Source: Schizochytrium sp. TIO01
Taxonomy: Eukaryota; Protista; Bigyra: Labyrinthulomycetes
Direction of reading: 5' to 3'
Length of the DNA: 64,000 nucleotides
Assembly (NCBI GenBank): GCA_004764695.1
Contig: SMSO01000004.1
Span: 186,001 to 250,000 of the forward strand
The notes under the pieces: model-generated
The model's input: only the letters and a program-made list of their open reading frames with translations
What the model was told of the DNA's origin: nothing
Database searches by the model: none
Made by a program: the position numbers and the translations under genes
Shown: one piece after another, positions 30,540-40,823 of the stretch
Position numbering within the stretch: position 1 is the first letter of the stretch
Layout: each line of letters begins with the position of its first letter

Positions 30540-31094
30540 TCATCGACAAGAAATTGTTTTGCCAGGAGACGGGAAAGTGCCGAGCATCTTGTTCCAGACG
30601 GCGCGAGTAACTCCACCAGTAGGGACGAGATAGCAAGTGACGCCAAGCTTCGAAACGACATCGCAGTTGTACCTTTGATCATCAAAAAACACCATTTCTT
30701 CAAATTTCACCCCAGTCTGAGACGCAATGGTTCGAAAGTGGCCCGATTTGCTTCCCTTGTGAATTTCAGAAACACCAATGTAATCTTCAAGTGGTCTTCC
30801 CGCTTCTTTATCTACGATAATCTTTTGCATGCACTCACGGGCCCACTCAGGTTCATCACACGTAGACGCGACCGCAACAGACGTATGAAACCACTTTTCG
30901 TCGCTGTCAAGTTCCTGCAGAATTTCGCGAATTGAGCCCATCAGGTAGACTTCAGTTCCACCACGATCAGCTACGTTGCCATTTTCAAGCGCACGAAATG
31001 GACTGCCAGACTTACCACCCCAAAGATGGTACATCTCCGGGTACCATGTCAAGTTGTCTAGATCAAAAACCACACATTTGGGAACCGAACTCAT
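30540..31094 (-). CDS. MDP1: Magnesium-dependent phosphatase 1 (HAD superfamily)
   Basis: PKCVVFDLDNLTWYPEM (DxD), VAVAST, SKSGHF, EMVFFDD and VSKLGVTC..VP.GGVT; start at MSSVPK (ATG 31094). Confidence 0.9.
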   Translation of the reverse strand: MSSVPKCVVFDLDNLTWYPEMYHLWGGKSGSPFRALENGNVADRGGTEVYLMGSIREILQELDSDEKWFHTSVAVASTCDEPEWARECMQKIIVDKEAGRPLEDYIGVSEIHKGSKSGHFRTIASQTGVKFEEMVFFDDQRYNCDVVSKLGVTCYLVPTGGVTRAVWNKMLGTFPSPGKTISCR

Positions 31095-32198
31095 GCTTCT
31101 GCAGCTCAAGATTGGTACTGTAAAAGTTCTAACAAGTGCTTGAGCCCACAAATCACCTCTACGTGTAGCACGCCTAAATCTAACGCTCGCGTAAATGGTG
31201 CTGCTGAAAATACTATACCAATAGCTACCACTCGTCGATCGGATCCACCAAAGCTTTCCACCTAACAGTGATGAGTTAGTTGCAGCCGAAGCTCTTGCCT
31301 TCAAGAGAGAGCCTTGTCTGAACCCACACTCCAAGCAGGAACTACAGTTGTGCCAAACTCTGAGGTTCGCAGATCTTGCCTTCAAGGAGACCCTGATTTG
31401 CTGTTGCTAGTTTGTCGCTTATTCGTTCATTCATTTTCTGTACTTCGCTTCATCATGTGTCTTATACTTTCTTCTATTTAGCCCCTAATAAACCACGATT
31501 TGGGTTCTTCTTGCACAAACAGAAACGCCACTACCTACATGGAATTAAAGTCTCGTTCGTATGAAATAAGCTGCTACGAAGGGGATTAATAATTGTCAGC
31601 ATTGGTGAGAGGACATTTTCGGGAACTCTCCGAGGTCTTCATCAGCCTTCAACAGTGGCTTCAAGGGCTTTTCTGAAAACGCTCGCCTTCACTCTCAGCG
31701 TCACATTCCGTTACTTCAGGTTATGATAATAGAGGTTTCATCAAGGTTACCATCGAGAGCGGATCGTTAAGGCGTTACAGTTTCGAACGTTACTAAACCC
31801 CAACTGTGATCTACAACAACAAAGACAGAAAATACGGACTCAGAACCGAGACGAGCACAGAGCTCCAGCTGGAGCGAGGCGAGGGGACACCACGGGGCAC
31901 GACAAACCCCTCACTCCTTACCAAGCCTTACAGCTAGTGTTTATTGTGCTTGTCTGCTGGGCTTTCGGTAGTGTTCGTTGTTTCTTCGCAGAACGTCGAG
32001 GGAAAATCTTGGTGAGGGAAGTCAAGGCCATCTTGAAGACGCGGACACAGGCACGCCTGGATACATCCATTCACCTTGGCGGCAATCGAGACAACTCCTA
32101 AGCAATACGTGAACCTATGCGCGTACATGGTAGACGGCTGTAAAGGTTTAGATCGGGCCAATTTTGAGAAATCGGCAGATTGTAGAAAAGCGTGAGAG

Positions 32199-34688
32199 AT
32201 GTCTACTAAGAATCTACGTCGAGAGGAACGCCATGCGCTCTTACGACGAGTAGAGTACCTTTTGGAGGGTGAAAATAATCTTAATGTCGACGATGATACT
32301 GTCAAGCTGGCTGAGATTGATGCCTCACTAAAATTGGGACGCATGGGACCCATACTGAAAGGCGAAGTGCATCGAGGAGAGGATTTACTAGGCACACTTA
32401 TGGGAGATGTGGACGAAATTGAAGGACATCTTAGGAACCACGATGAAGGCCTTTTGGACGAAGCTCATAATCAATCGCAAGTATCAGAAAGTGCAGATCT
32501 ATTTGCCTTGCAGGTTTATGTAGAGAGTCTAACTCATCTTCCCGATAGTGACGAAAATTCAAGTACTGATGATGTAGAGTCCACGACCAGATCAAAAGAA
32601 TATTCAGTAGCATTTAGGCTTTTAGATTTTCCAACTGTGCTAATTGAAAGAGTTGGCAAGACGATTGGAGAGTTTCAGAGCGGAAAGTCATGCCTCTTTG
32701 AGTTGCCTTTTGAAGAGGCAATAGCAGGGCTGCAATCTGCCCCCTTATATTTAATGCTCCTACGGCTTCCCCATGACCGTGACCTTGCGAACATGACTGC
32801 GAAAGAGCAGGAGCGTGCCCGTGTAGACTATGGAACTCTCGTTGGAAGTACATCCCTTGATCTCTCTGGTCTTATTGGCTTAGACAATGTTGGGCCCGAA
32901 GGTTGTTTGTTACCCTCAGTTACTTCAACTTGGGGCTGGAAACGGGGCACTTTTCCCCTTTTTGATTTAATGGGCAACCAAGTTGCATGTGTCACTGCGC
33001 GGGTTCGCATCTGCAGTTTCGGAGATGGTCTTCTTCCTCATTTAACATTGAAAGACCTAGAAACAAGTAAAGTAGAGGGCTCTTTAGTGGATCAAGGCAG
33101 GGAGAACACACGAACAGAAAACGACCTCCAGCATAGGAGACAGAAAGACCGAGAAGTTCAAGAAAACGAACTTGAACATTCAAATTTTAATCTTCCCATT
33201 CCAGCAGCGTTACTAGAAACAATGAATGCTGTTGAGAAACGTCTAACTAAAATTGAAAAATTACAACGCAAAGCCTTTCGGCACATTGATCGACGCAGAA
33301 ATACTCAACAACACCAAGGCTTCAAGCGGCAACATAACTTTCTTCAAGGCTCTGATGATGATCACCAAGGAGGTTGGCTTCCACGTCCGAATCAAGATGA
33401 AGCATCGTGTCTTCCGCCAGCGATGTATTTTTTCAATGGTAAAAGCTCATATAGGCATAGTGATGGTGAAGAGGATCGGGATGACTCCGATGATGAATTC
33501 GCGTCTTTAGGAGATTTTGAAGACCAGCGTGGCCCCGAAGAGCGCGATCTCCTCCTTGCGTTAGCTCCACGTGTGCACGGAAGAGACTCCCGCATTTCTG
33601 AACGACGCCGAGCTCGAGGCTCTTTATCATCTCCTTATTCATCAGATGGAGAAGAAAGTGCGTTAAAAGCTCAGTACGGAACATCACATCGTGACGAAAG
33701 GTATCGCGGGCGGCACAACGACCCCAAAAATGAGGCTACTACACAACTAAAGGTTCAACATTCGGCTCCTAGGCGTCGGCGAATCTTAAAAGTCCGTAAA
33801 ACAAGAACCCAAATAATGCGCGAACGGGTCACAAGAAGGCGTTCCCAGGCTCAAGGAGGATCCGAAACTGCGAATCCCAATGTTGGGTACGTCCAACTTA
33901 CCGCCGACCTTGCACGATCACGTGCCCTGAACGAGCGCAACCCGGAGGAGCGACAGTACCTCTTGGAACGTCGCAAAGCTCAAGCAAGACGTCAATCTCA
34001 GAGCAGCGGTAATCTACAACTTGAGGCCCTTACTCAATCAGCAATTGCAATCGATTCTGGAGTTGACGGGGCCGACCGTGAGGCACGTGCACGTCAAGAA
34101 CAACTCGAATTGATGCTTCGAGGTGAGATCTCCCCAGCTCCCGCCTTTCAATTTGATGCAAGTCTCATTCCTCACGATAGTACAAGTGTAGAAGCCCCTC
34201 CCCCCCCTCCTCCTCCTCCTCCTCCCCCCCCGCCTCCGTCATCGCCTCCCCCCGCCCTGGTGATAACAGCAGCCCCTGCTATTGCTCCTCCAACACCTGT
34301 TTTGTCTTCGTCGCTCATGGAAACTGAGGCTCACGACGTGGCTACTACGATTTCGAGACTCAATCCTGGTTTGTTAAACCCTTTCCAAAACCATTTCCAA
34401 GGGACAAGTAGCAATGCGGAGATGACTCAGGAAAGTTATGAGTTTGGTGATGTCTCATCATCGCTTCAAAGTCGAAATTCATCTCGGCGACGGGATCTTC
34501 ATTCACAACGCCCTCTTCGTAGTAGTGTCGCACTTAGCAGACGGAGTATAAAACCACGGACGCCGAGTTTAGCCTCTATTGACCATTTTGTGATGGATCC
34601 GCCACCCCCACCAGACCACGATCTTGCGTCGAGCCGCTATCAATCTTTTGATGGAGGTAGTACTTCCCTGTCTTCCGCTGTATTTTAG
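32199..34688 (+). CDS. MAP10: Microtubule-associated protein 10-like (KIAA1383) with poly-Pro tail
   Basis: LFALQVYVE, VAFRLLDFPTVLI, FQSGKSCLF, PLYLMLL and RGTFPLFDLMGNQV match the conserved MAP10 N-terminal C2-like domain; poly-Pro at about 34196-34255. Confidence 0.8.
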   Translation: MSTKNLRREERHALLRRVEYLLEGENNLNVDDDTVKLAEIDASLKLGRMGPILKGEVHRGEDLLGTLMGDVDEIEGHLRNHDEGLLDEAHNQSQVSESADLFALQVYVESLTHLPDSDENSSTDDVESTTRSKEYSVAFRLLDFPTVLIERVGKTIGEFQSGKSCLFELPFEEAIAGLQSAPLYLMLLRLPHDRDLANMTAKEQERARVDYGTLVGSTSLDLSGLIGLDNVGPEGCLLPSVTSTWGWKRGTFPLFDLMGNQVACVTARVRICSFGDGLLPHLTLKDLETSKVEGSLVDQGRENTRTENDLQHRRQKDREVQENELEHSNFNLPIPAALLETMNAVEKRLTKIEKLQRKAFRHIDRRRNTQQHQGFKRQHNFLQGSDDDHQGGWLPRPNQDEASCLPPAMYFFNGKSSYRHSDGEEDRDDSDDEFASLGDFEDQRGPEERDLLLALAPRVHGRDSRISERRRARGSLSSPYSSDGEESALKAQYGTSHRDERYRGRHNDPKNEATTQLKVQHSAPRRRRILKVRKTRTQIMRERVTRRRSQAQGGSETANPNVGYVQLTADLARSRALNERNPEERQYLLERRKAQARRQSQSSGNLQLEALTQSAIAIDSGVDGADREARARQEQLELMLRGEISPAPAFQFDASLIPHDSTSVEAPPPPPPPPPPPPPPSSPPPALVITAAPAIAPPTPVLSSSLMETEAHDVATTISRLNPGLLNPFQNHFQGTSSNAEMTQESYEFGDVSSSLQSRNSSRRRDLHSQRPLRSSVALSRRSIKPRTPSLASIDHFVMDPPPPPDHDLASSRYQSFDGGSTSLSSAVF

Positions 34689-34726
34689 TCAAACATACAC
34701 ACACGTCAAGGGTCTGTGTTGCCTAT

Positions 34727-36757
34727 TCAACTCTTCTCTTCTCGCTCCTCCGTTTGGTAAAAGTTCAGTGTATCATCATTTCTATTCTTTCGAATAGATA
34801 CTTTCTCTCTTTGCCTTCTAATGAGCTGGCGTTTTTCTCGTCGAGCACAGCGCTCGATCTTTCGACGCCGCCGTATATCAAGCTCTTTTTGACGTTTCCG
34901 CTCCTGCTCTTTCGATTGAATGACATACTTCATGAGGTGTTCACGCCATTTCACCAGAAAGTCCTCCTCAAGGTCATACTCTACAAGGAAGTTTCGGCGT
35001 TTGACTCGATCCTGCAAGTAGGTGTGATACTTATACGCAGCTCGTCTACAGCGCCAAAAGGCTTGAATTTGAACTACAGCCACTTCCTCAAAACCTGCCT
35101 GCACCTCTGCTGCGATTCGCTCCTCTTTCATTTGTTGTCGGAAATCTTGATCTTTTCGTCCCTTGGTAACAGCCATGAAGCGTGCTTGCGCGTGTTCAGC
35201 AGTTCCACGGAAGACTCTTCTAGTTTCTGCGCTTTGAAAATGCCCTAAACCTGGTCTACGATCACGTCTGGATAACGTAGCAGTGTGCATCTTGATACTT
35301 TGAATGCTGTAATAACTCCACCCCATGAGATTATGGCATCGAACTCGAAAAATGTAACTAGCATCTCGGCTTAACCCTGAAAGCGTATATTCCTGGGTCT
35401 GAATTCTCTTGAGTGGATCCTCTTCATCGTCAGTATCTGACTCGCTTGAAGAAGGTTCATCATCTGAGCATGCTGCTCGCTCTATAATAAGATCGTCTGG
35501 CACACTTGTCCAATTGACAAACGGGGTGTTTGCAAGTCTCCATTGAAGTTCTGATCGATCTATTGGGGCTCCATTGGCTTCGGGGAGATCCCATCGAACT
35601 GTCAAGCTTGCTCGCGAAGCGTGAACAAGAATAGGAGGTGTGGGTTTACTTGGTGCTGCTGGGGACGTCACAAAGAACATGCTTTGTTCACTGGCTTCAC
35701 TCCAACCGACAATACTATACGCAAGGACGCGGACAGCATAAACTTCGCTTGGAGCTAGATCCTCTGGACTCGGATTGCGTGAATATGTACTACAGTGCGC
35801 AGCACATGTATAAAAGGTATGTCTTCGCTCTTTTACTTTATCTGCAACGGTTTCCCAAGGCTCGTCAGGCTGTAAACGATCAATCCTCTTGGCTTGTAAT
35901 CGAAAGTGTTGTACTGGCGCGCTTCGACCAGCTGGTGCTGTCCAAGAGAATGTGGCCTCTTCATCAGTCATTTGCAGCATTTGTGGGGGCTGGGGCTTTT
36001 CTGGAACAGCACCAGCACGCCGCAGCTCTTCCCCCCACCCTTGCTCGATGGCAACTTGATGTGGGGTCTTACCAAGAATATTGGTCTTACAAATATCAGC
36101 ACCTGCACTAGCCAAGATAAATGCAATTTTCCTCAAGTTGTCTCTGCAAGCAATAAAGAGGGGAGTCACCCCCCCTGTATTACTCACGTCAAAAGGTATC
36201 TTATGTTTGAGAAAATATTCTACGACCTCGAGGCTACCAGCTTCTACAGCAAAATGCAAAGGCGTGTTTCCATTCAAGTCACCAGCTCTTGCATCTGCAC
36301 CGCCTTGCAATAGAATCTTTGTGATGATTGTTCGGTTCCGTCGACACGCATAGTGCAGTGGCGTAATATCAATATTAGTCTTGGCCTCCACCCAAACCTT
36401 GGCAGCTGGACATGATTCAATTATATAGCGAATTATTTTCGTTGCTCCTCGATATACTGCGACATGGACAAAGTTATTACCATGTTCATCTACGTGTTCC
36501 TTGCATAGATTTTTCAATGCTTCTTGGTCATTGCCGTACTCGTTGATCTTTTCCTCAAGAGCTGTACGAAAACCTTCAAGGTCTCGCTCCCAGCACGCTT
36601 CCAGTAGTTGATCACCAACCTTACCTTTCATGGGCCGCCCGGGGAAGCCGGGCGCATAGATGGAACTAGGTTGCTGAAACATAGTATGTTTTGTTCTGCG
36701 TCTGTCTTGATCGTACACTAATTCGTCTTTGCGTTCCCAATATTTTTCTTGTGCCAA
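34727..36757 (-). CDS. Ankyrin-repeat, 2x fibronectin type III and IQ-motif protein; 5' exon(s) unresolved
   Basis: TPLHYAC, GNTPLHFAV, GVTPLFIAC (ankyrin); PEKPQPP...FSWTAP...YAVRVLAYSIVGWS and VRWDLPEANGAPI...YIFRVRCHNLMGWS (FN3); VQIQAFWRC (IQ). The ORF opens just after an AG acceptor-like site. Confidence 0.88.
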   Translation of the reverse strand: MAQEKYWERKDELVYDQDRRRTKHTMFQQPSSIYAPGFPGRPMKGKVGDQLLEACWERDLEGFRTALEEKINEYGNDQEALKNLCKEHVDEHGNNFVHVAVYRGATKIIRYIIESCPAAKVWVEAKTNIDITPLHYACRRNRTIITKILLQGGADARAGDLNGNTPLHFAVEAGSLEVVEYFLKHKIPFDVSNTGGVTPLFIACRDNLRKIAFILASAGADICKTNILGKTPHQVAIEQGWGEELRRAGAVPEKPQPPQMLQMTDEEATFSWTAPAGRSAPVQHFRLQAKRIDRLQPDEPWETVADKVKERRHTFYTCAAHCSTYSRNPSPEDLAPSEVYAVRVLAYSIVGWSEASEQSMFFVTSPAAPSKPTPPILVHASRASLTVRWDLPEANGAPIDRSELQWRLANTPFVNWTSVPDDLIIERAACSDDEPSSSESDTDDEEDPLKRIQTQEYTLSGLSRDASYIFRVRCHNLMGWSYYSIQSIKMHTATLSRRDRRPGLGHFQSAETRRVFRGTAEHAQARFMAVTKGRKDQDFRQQMKEERIAAEVQAGFEEVAVVQIQAFWRCRRAAYKYHTYLQDRVKRRNFLVEYDLEEDFLVKWREHLMKYVIQSKEQERKRQKELDIRRRRKIERCARREKRQLIRRQREKVSIRKNRNDDTLNFYQTEEREEKS

Positions 36758-37499
36758 GACTATTTATGAGTAAACCCCAAAATTTGTTGGTTTCAGAAAT
36801 CCTTCGACCAAGTACCTTTTAAAGATCTCAACCTCACCCAAATGCTCTATAAATATTTATGTTCTTTATCTCAACCCCGAGGACTCAACTTATCTCAATA
36901 TTCTTCAAGAGCCTCGGCAGGGCTCTCTCACCTCACCTGCGCTAATACCTGGAAACGCTCTTACTTCTCACATCTATTTGTATTCTCGCAAGGCTGTGTC
37001 CTCCAAAGAAGTCAGTAAATGACGTACGCCTAATGAAAGCAGGCACACAGTCGTCCACTCTCGATTCTACTATGCCCATGCCCTGCTACCCACGAGGTTC
37101 CCACCCCCTACCCTCAAATAGTAGTACCTCTCTATGTATCACTCAACTCTTCTCAGTTGCGCATGACCGGATAAATCGTGGTGCGTACTTACCGGACCAA
37201 GTCACCGTTGCAGAAAAAGAAGAAAGTGATAACCGCAGTGGAGCCCAAGACAACAAAGGACTATTACAACCCCGCTCGTTCTTTGCAGTGTTTGAAAAAT
37301 CCCGTTCGTAAAGGCGGGTTGTAATTGCTGTTCACAGCGCTCGGGGTTGTGCGTTTTCCATTGGCAGCCTCGCCTCGCAACTGCCGGTAATCTTTGATCA
37401 GAGTGATCTACTTACTATCAGGGTGAGTGAGCCAATAAGCAACCTTCGGGGCTGGGTAAGGATTACTGTAGTCTAGGATTGGAGCACGAAGAAGCTCTA

Positions 37500-39206
37500 A
37501 TGAAGAGCGAAGAGGTGGCATCCAAATTGCAGGAGGTTGACTCCAACTTCGTCAGGGTAAGTATAGATTATAGAAAAATCACAACGAAAATAAGTTTGGA
37601 TTTCTCAATGTGACTCCCAAAGTACTAACCAGAGCAACCTTTTGCTATTTTCCCCGTTACTGCCCATGGGATTTATGATAAAATTTGGGTATGTGTGATG
37701 ATGATTGTGCACTGGCCGTAACTATAGGCACTTGATGCAGCCACAGAATTGTTGCAGCATGTGAGGTCGTTCGACAAAGCCATGCAGGACGTTGCAGATG
37801 GTGCAGAGGTTTGGTGCCAATTTTTCGACCACGTAAGGGACGTGAGTTCGGGCGCATCAGCTGCGGGTAGCGCAGACCAACTTCGTGCACGGACAGCTGT
37901 AAAGCCTTCTCGACGAACGATGCACGCTTGGCGCCAGACCTCAGACAAAGAATCCCAAGAGCACAACGATTCTGCTGCGTCAGACCTGTCAAGCCAGAAT
38001 CCCCCAACACCAACATTACCTGTGTTTTCCAAATCGTTTGCCAAAACTCCCATGTTCAGAAAAATGCGAGTATCATCCTCAGCCTCAGAGGATGATGAAG
38101 ACGACCACAACGTCAATAGTAGGCTAAAGCAGGATCTTGACGAGTCTCTTGACTTCCATGACTCAGAGCCCCTTAACTTTAGGACGCCGCTCCCTGAACG
38201 TTCGCATCGAAGCGCTGGTCGTAGCGGTGCAGGCAGCGCACATTTGTTGCAGGACAACATATTGGACTTGAGCGAGATCAGTGCTGCGACTCCTGGTACA
38301 CCGGTGGATGGAGACTATGGTCCACCTTCCGCAGTAAAATCTCGTCAGCTGCTAGAGTACGGTACCCCAGCGCGCCATGTGACAAACATGCTAATGGGCT
38401 CAAGCATGAGATCAGGAGACGCTGACCTCAATCGCTCTGATGCTTCCTCAAACCCCGCTACCCCTGTGCCACTATCCCCATTTATGACTGATGCGCTTCT
38501 CCACTCAGATGAAGAGGAAGACGCACATGATAACGAGGACCAAGAGGAGGAGGGACATCATGTTGAGGAGGAGGACCAGGAACAGCTACTTGGATCTCCT
38601 GGGCGCCCAAGTGAATCTGAAAATGTCCAATTTCAGATGAACGCTATGTCACCACCTATTATGTCTAAACTTGGGGATAGCGAGACAAAGTTTTCCCCTG
38701 CCCCGACAAAGATGACTGAGAAGAAACTGGCTGCGATTACAGGTACACCAATCTCTAGATCAGTTGCGCAACGCAGACGCCGCTCATTGATGCGATATGC
38801 TGCGGAGGCAGGCGAGGTTGACCTCCTCGATTTAGGTGGTTTACAAGACGAGATGGGCAAGTCTGGAAAGAGTAAGGAAACAGCAGGTTATAATTCCGAT
38901 GAGGATCTCCTGGGACTTGGAATGGACGATGGTGTAGGTGATGACAGCCCACCACCAGAATTTGATCTGAAGCTGTTTCCGCATCTTTTCCAGTCTGGAG
39001 AGGGTGCGTCGCAGGTCACTGCTGTATACAGTCAATTTTCAAGTCACGAAGCGTTCTGCCTTCCAGAGCTTAAGAAGCGTCTTCCTAACTTTGGCCAGGC
39101 GCGACTTGAGCTAATGCTTGATATGCTGGTCTCACGCGGATTTCTTCGGCCTTTTACCGTAGAGAACCACTTATATTGGCGTGCCCCATCGGCTGATGAG
39201 TTTTAA
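37500..39206 (+). CDS. ASK1: DASH/Dam1 kinetochore complex subunit Ask1 (exons 37500-37556 and 37728-39206; start may lie further upstream)
   Basis: Splicing GTAAGT 37557 to TAG 37727 (phase 0) gives LQEVDSNFVRALDAATELLQHVRSFDKAMQDVADGAEVWCQFFD, matching the Ask1 pattern LQEID.NF.RA...FW.QFF; followed by an SP/TP-rich disordered region. Confidence 0.72.
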
Positions 39207-39920
39207 GACATCAGAATAGTACATCACAGTGCAACATGCCCTTTCCTCTCAATTTGTGTTTTTTTTTTCTTCTTATAAACAAATTCGACTGATTGTCTTC
39301 CCTACAATAAAAATAAGCTCTGCAACTGCAAATAAAATGAATCTTGACCTTATGGAATTTTATTGGGTGGGCTTGTTCCTTCCTCCCCCTTTTGCTTAGA
39401 CAAGATGGCATAAGTTGAATTTTCTGTAGAATACACTCTCTGGCGGAGGAATGTGAGCACAGGCGCCTGAGATTGGGTATCAATACGCAAAGAATTAAAT
39501 TTGAGTTGTTCGTCGAGTGCATAGGCATATTACTAAAAGCAGCATCATAGTTTGACTGGAAATAGGCATATTCTCTTTCCTTGAAATCTTCAGAAGGTAT
39601 TTAGTTAGAGAATGTTGGTCGAAATATTTATTGCGCAGCTCACCTATAGTAACAACAGCAGTAGCGATAGCCGTCATGTATGGAGAATCTACAACAACTC
39701 TCGCTGATCAGTAAGGAAAGCTAGCATCTTGCCAACTTTTCGGTATAATAGTTAAAAACTAGAACGAATAATGCAATCTAGATAGTTGGGACTCTTTTTT
39801 AAAATTAAAAATATAGACATGCAACTGCTTTAGTGCGAGATTTCCCTAAATTAGCCTGCTATTCATCGAGTGCATTTAACTTTGTGAGTTGTGCGAGGGA
39901 GTGCTTTTTTGCTACATGTT

Positions 39921-40823
39921 TTATGAGCATATACACGTCGATGCAGACTCCTCAGCATTGGCAGCCTGTTCGTATATGTGGTCAAGACGTTCGCGCTGGA
40001 CGTGCACATTTTCTGCAATGCCAGACATCAGATCTCGCGTAGTTCGCATCTCCTGCTCAATGTCCTTAAGGTCCTGCTCGCGATCCTGGAAGAACTCCGC
40101 ATTCACATCCAATGTGGATTGCAGAAGCATCTCCGTGGCAAGTTCCTGGTCTCTCTGGGCACGCTGGGAGGGCCTTAATGGTACCTCATGCACATTCTCG
40201 TGCACCATGTCAACACTTTTAACATTGACGAGTCTTGGGACTGGAATGGCCTTAATCCTATCTCGCACGCTCCACAGTACGGTTTCTAATTTCACTCTTT
40301 GCCTTCGTAGGCCCTTTTCGAGCATTTCTCGCGTCTGCTGAAGACAATTTCTATCCTGATCACTTTTAGTTTCTGACTCAAATCTTGCAAGAGCTTTCGT
40401 CAAAGTTGGTTCTGCTGATATGTGAACCTCCGCCAATGCGCAGTGCAGTCGAATCCGTGCTCGTAGGTCTTCGCAGTCCAAATTGCCTCCAATTCTTGCA
40501 GCAAGGCTCTCCAAATGCTCAACGTCTGAATCTAGAAGCTGCTGCAGAGACAGAATTTGCTTTTGAACACTACCCGCGTCGAGGCCTGCGTGAATCTCGG
40601 CGACTATAGGACCCTCACGAATTCTTTTCCATGTTCGTTTTTGTCCATATTTAGCGTCTTCGCAGCGCCAATTCGTGCGCCAGGTCCACCCCGGCGGTAG
40701 CCGCACGTCCTCGAGATCACGATGCCGGCCGCTCTTCGCGTCTACAAAGATGCTGCTACCGTCCGCTGCAGTGGACTCCTCGATCTCTTCGACCACTACA
40801 GGCGCTGCAGCCTTTACACTCAT
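39921..40823 (-). CDS. Syntaxin-like Qa-SNARE (Pep12/STX7 class); 3' end possibly spliced
   Basis: SNARE heptads QDREQDLKDIEQEMRTTRDLMSGIAENVHVQRERLDHI; Habc-like RIGGNLDCEDLRARI; no TM anchor within the ORF. Confidence 0.65.
   Translation of the reverse strand: MSVKAAAPVVVEEIEESTAADGSSIFVDAKSGRHRDLEDVRLPPGWTWRTNWRCEDAKYGQKRTWKRIREGPIVAEIHAGLDAGSVQKQILSLQQLLDSDVEHLESLAARIGGNLDCEDLRARIRLHCALAEVHISAEPTLTKALARFESETKSDQDRNCLQQTREMLEKGLRRQRVKLETVLWSVRDRIKAIPVPRLVNVKSVDMVHENVHEVPLRPSQRAQRDQELATEMLLQSTLDVNAEFFQDREQDLKDIEQEMRTTRDLMSGIAENVHVQRERLDHIYEQAANAEESASTCICS

Noticed and set aside
31095-31385. 97-aa N-terminal extension of the MDP1 ORF
   Set aside because: Begins at a non-ATG codon; homology starts at MSSVPK (ATG 31094).
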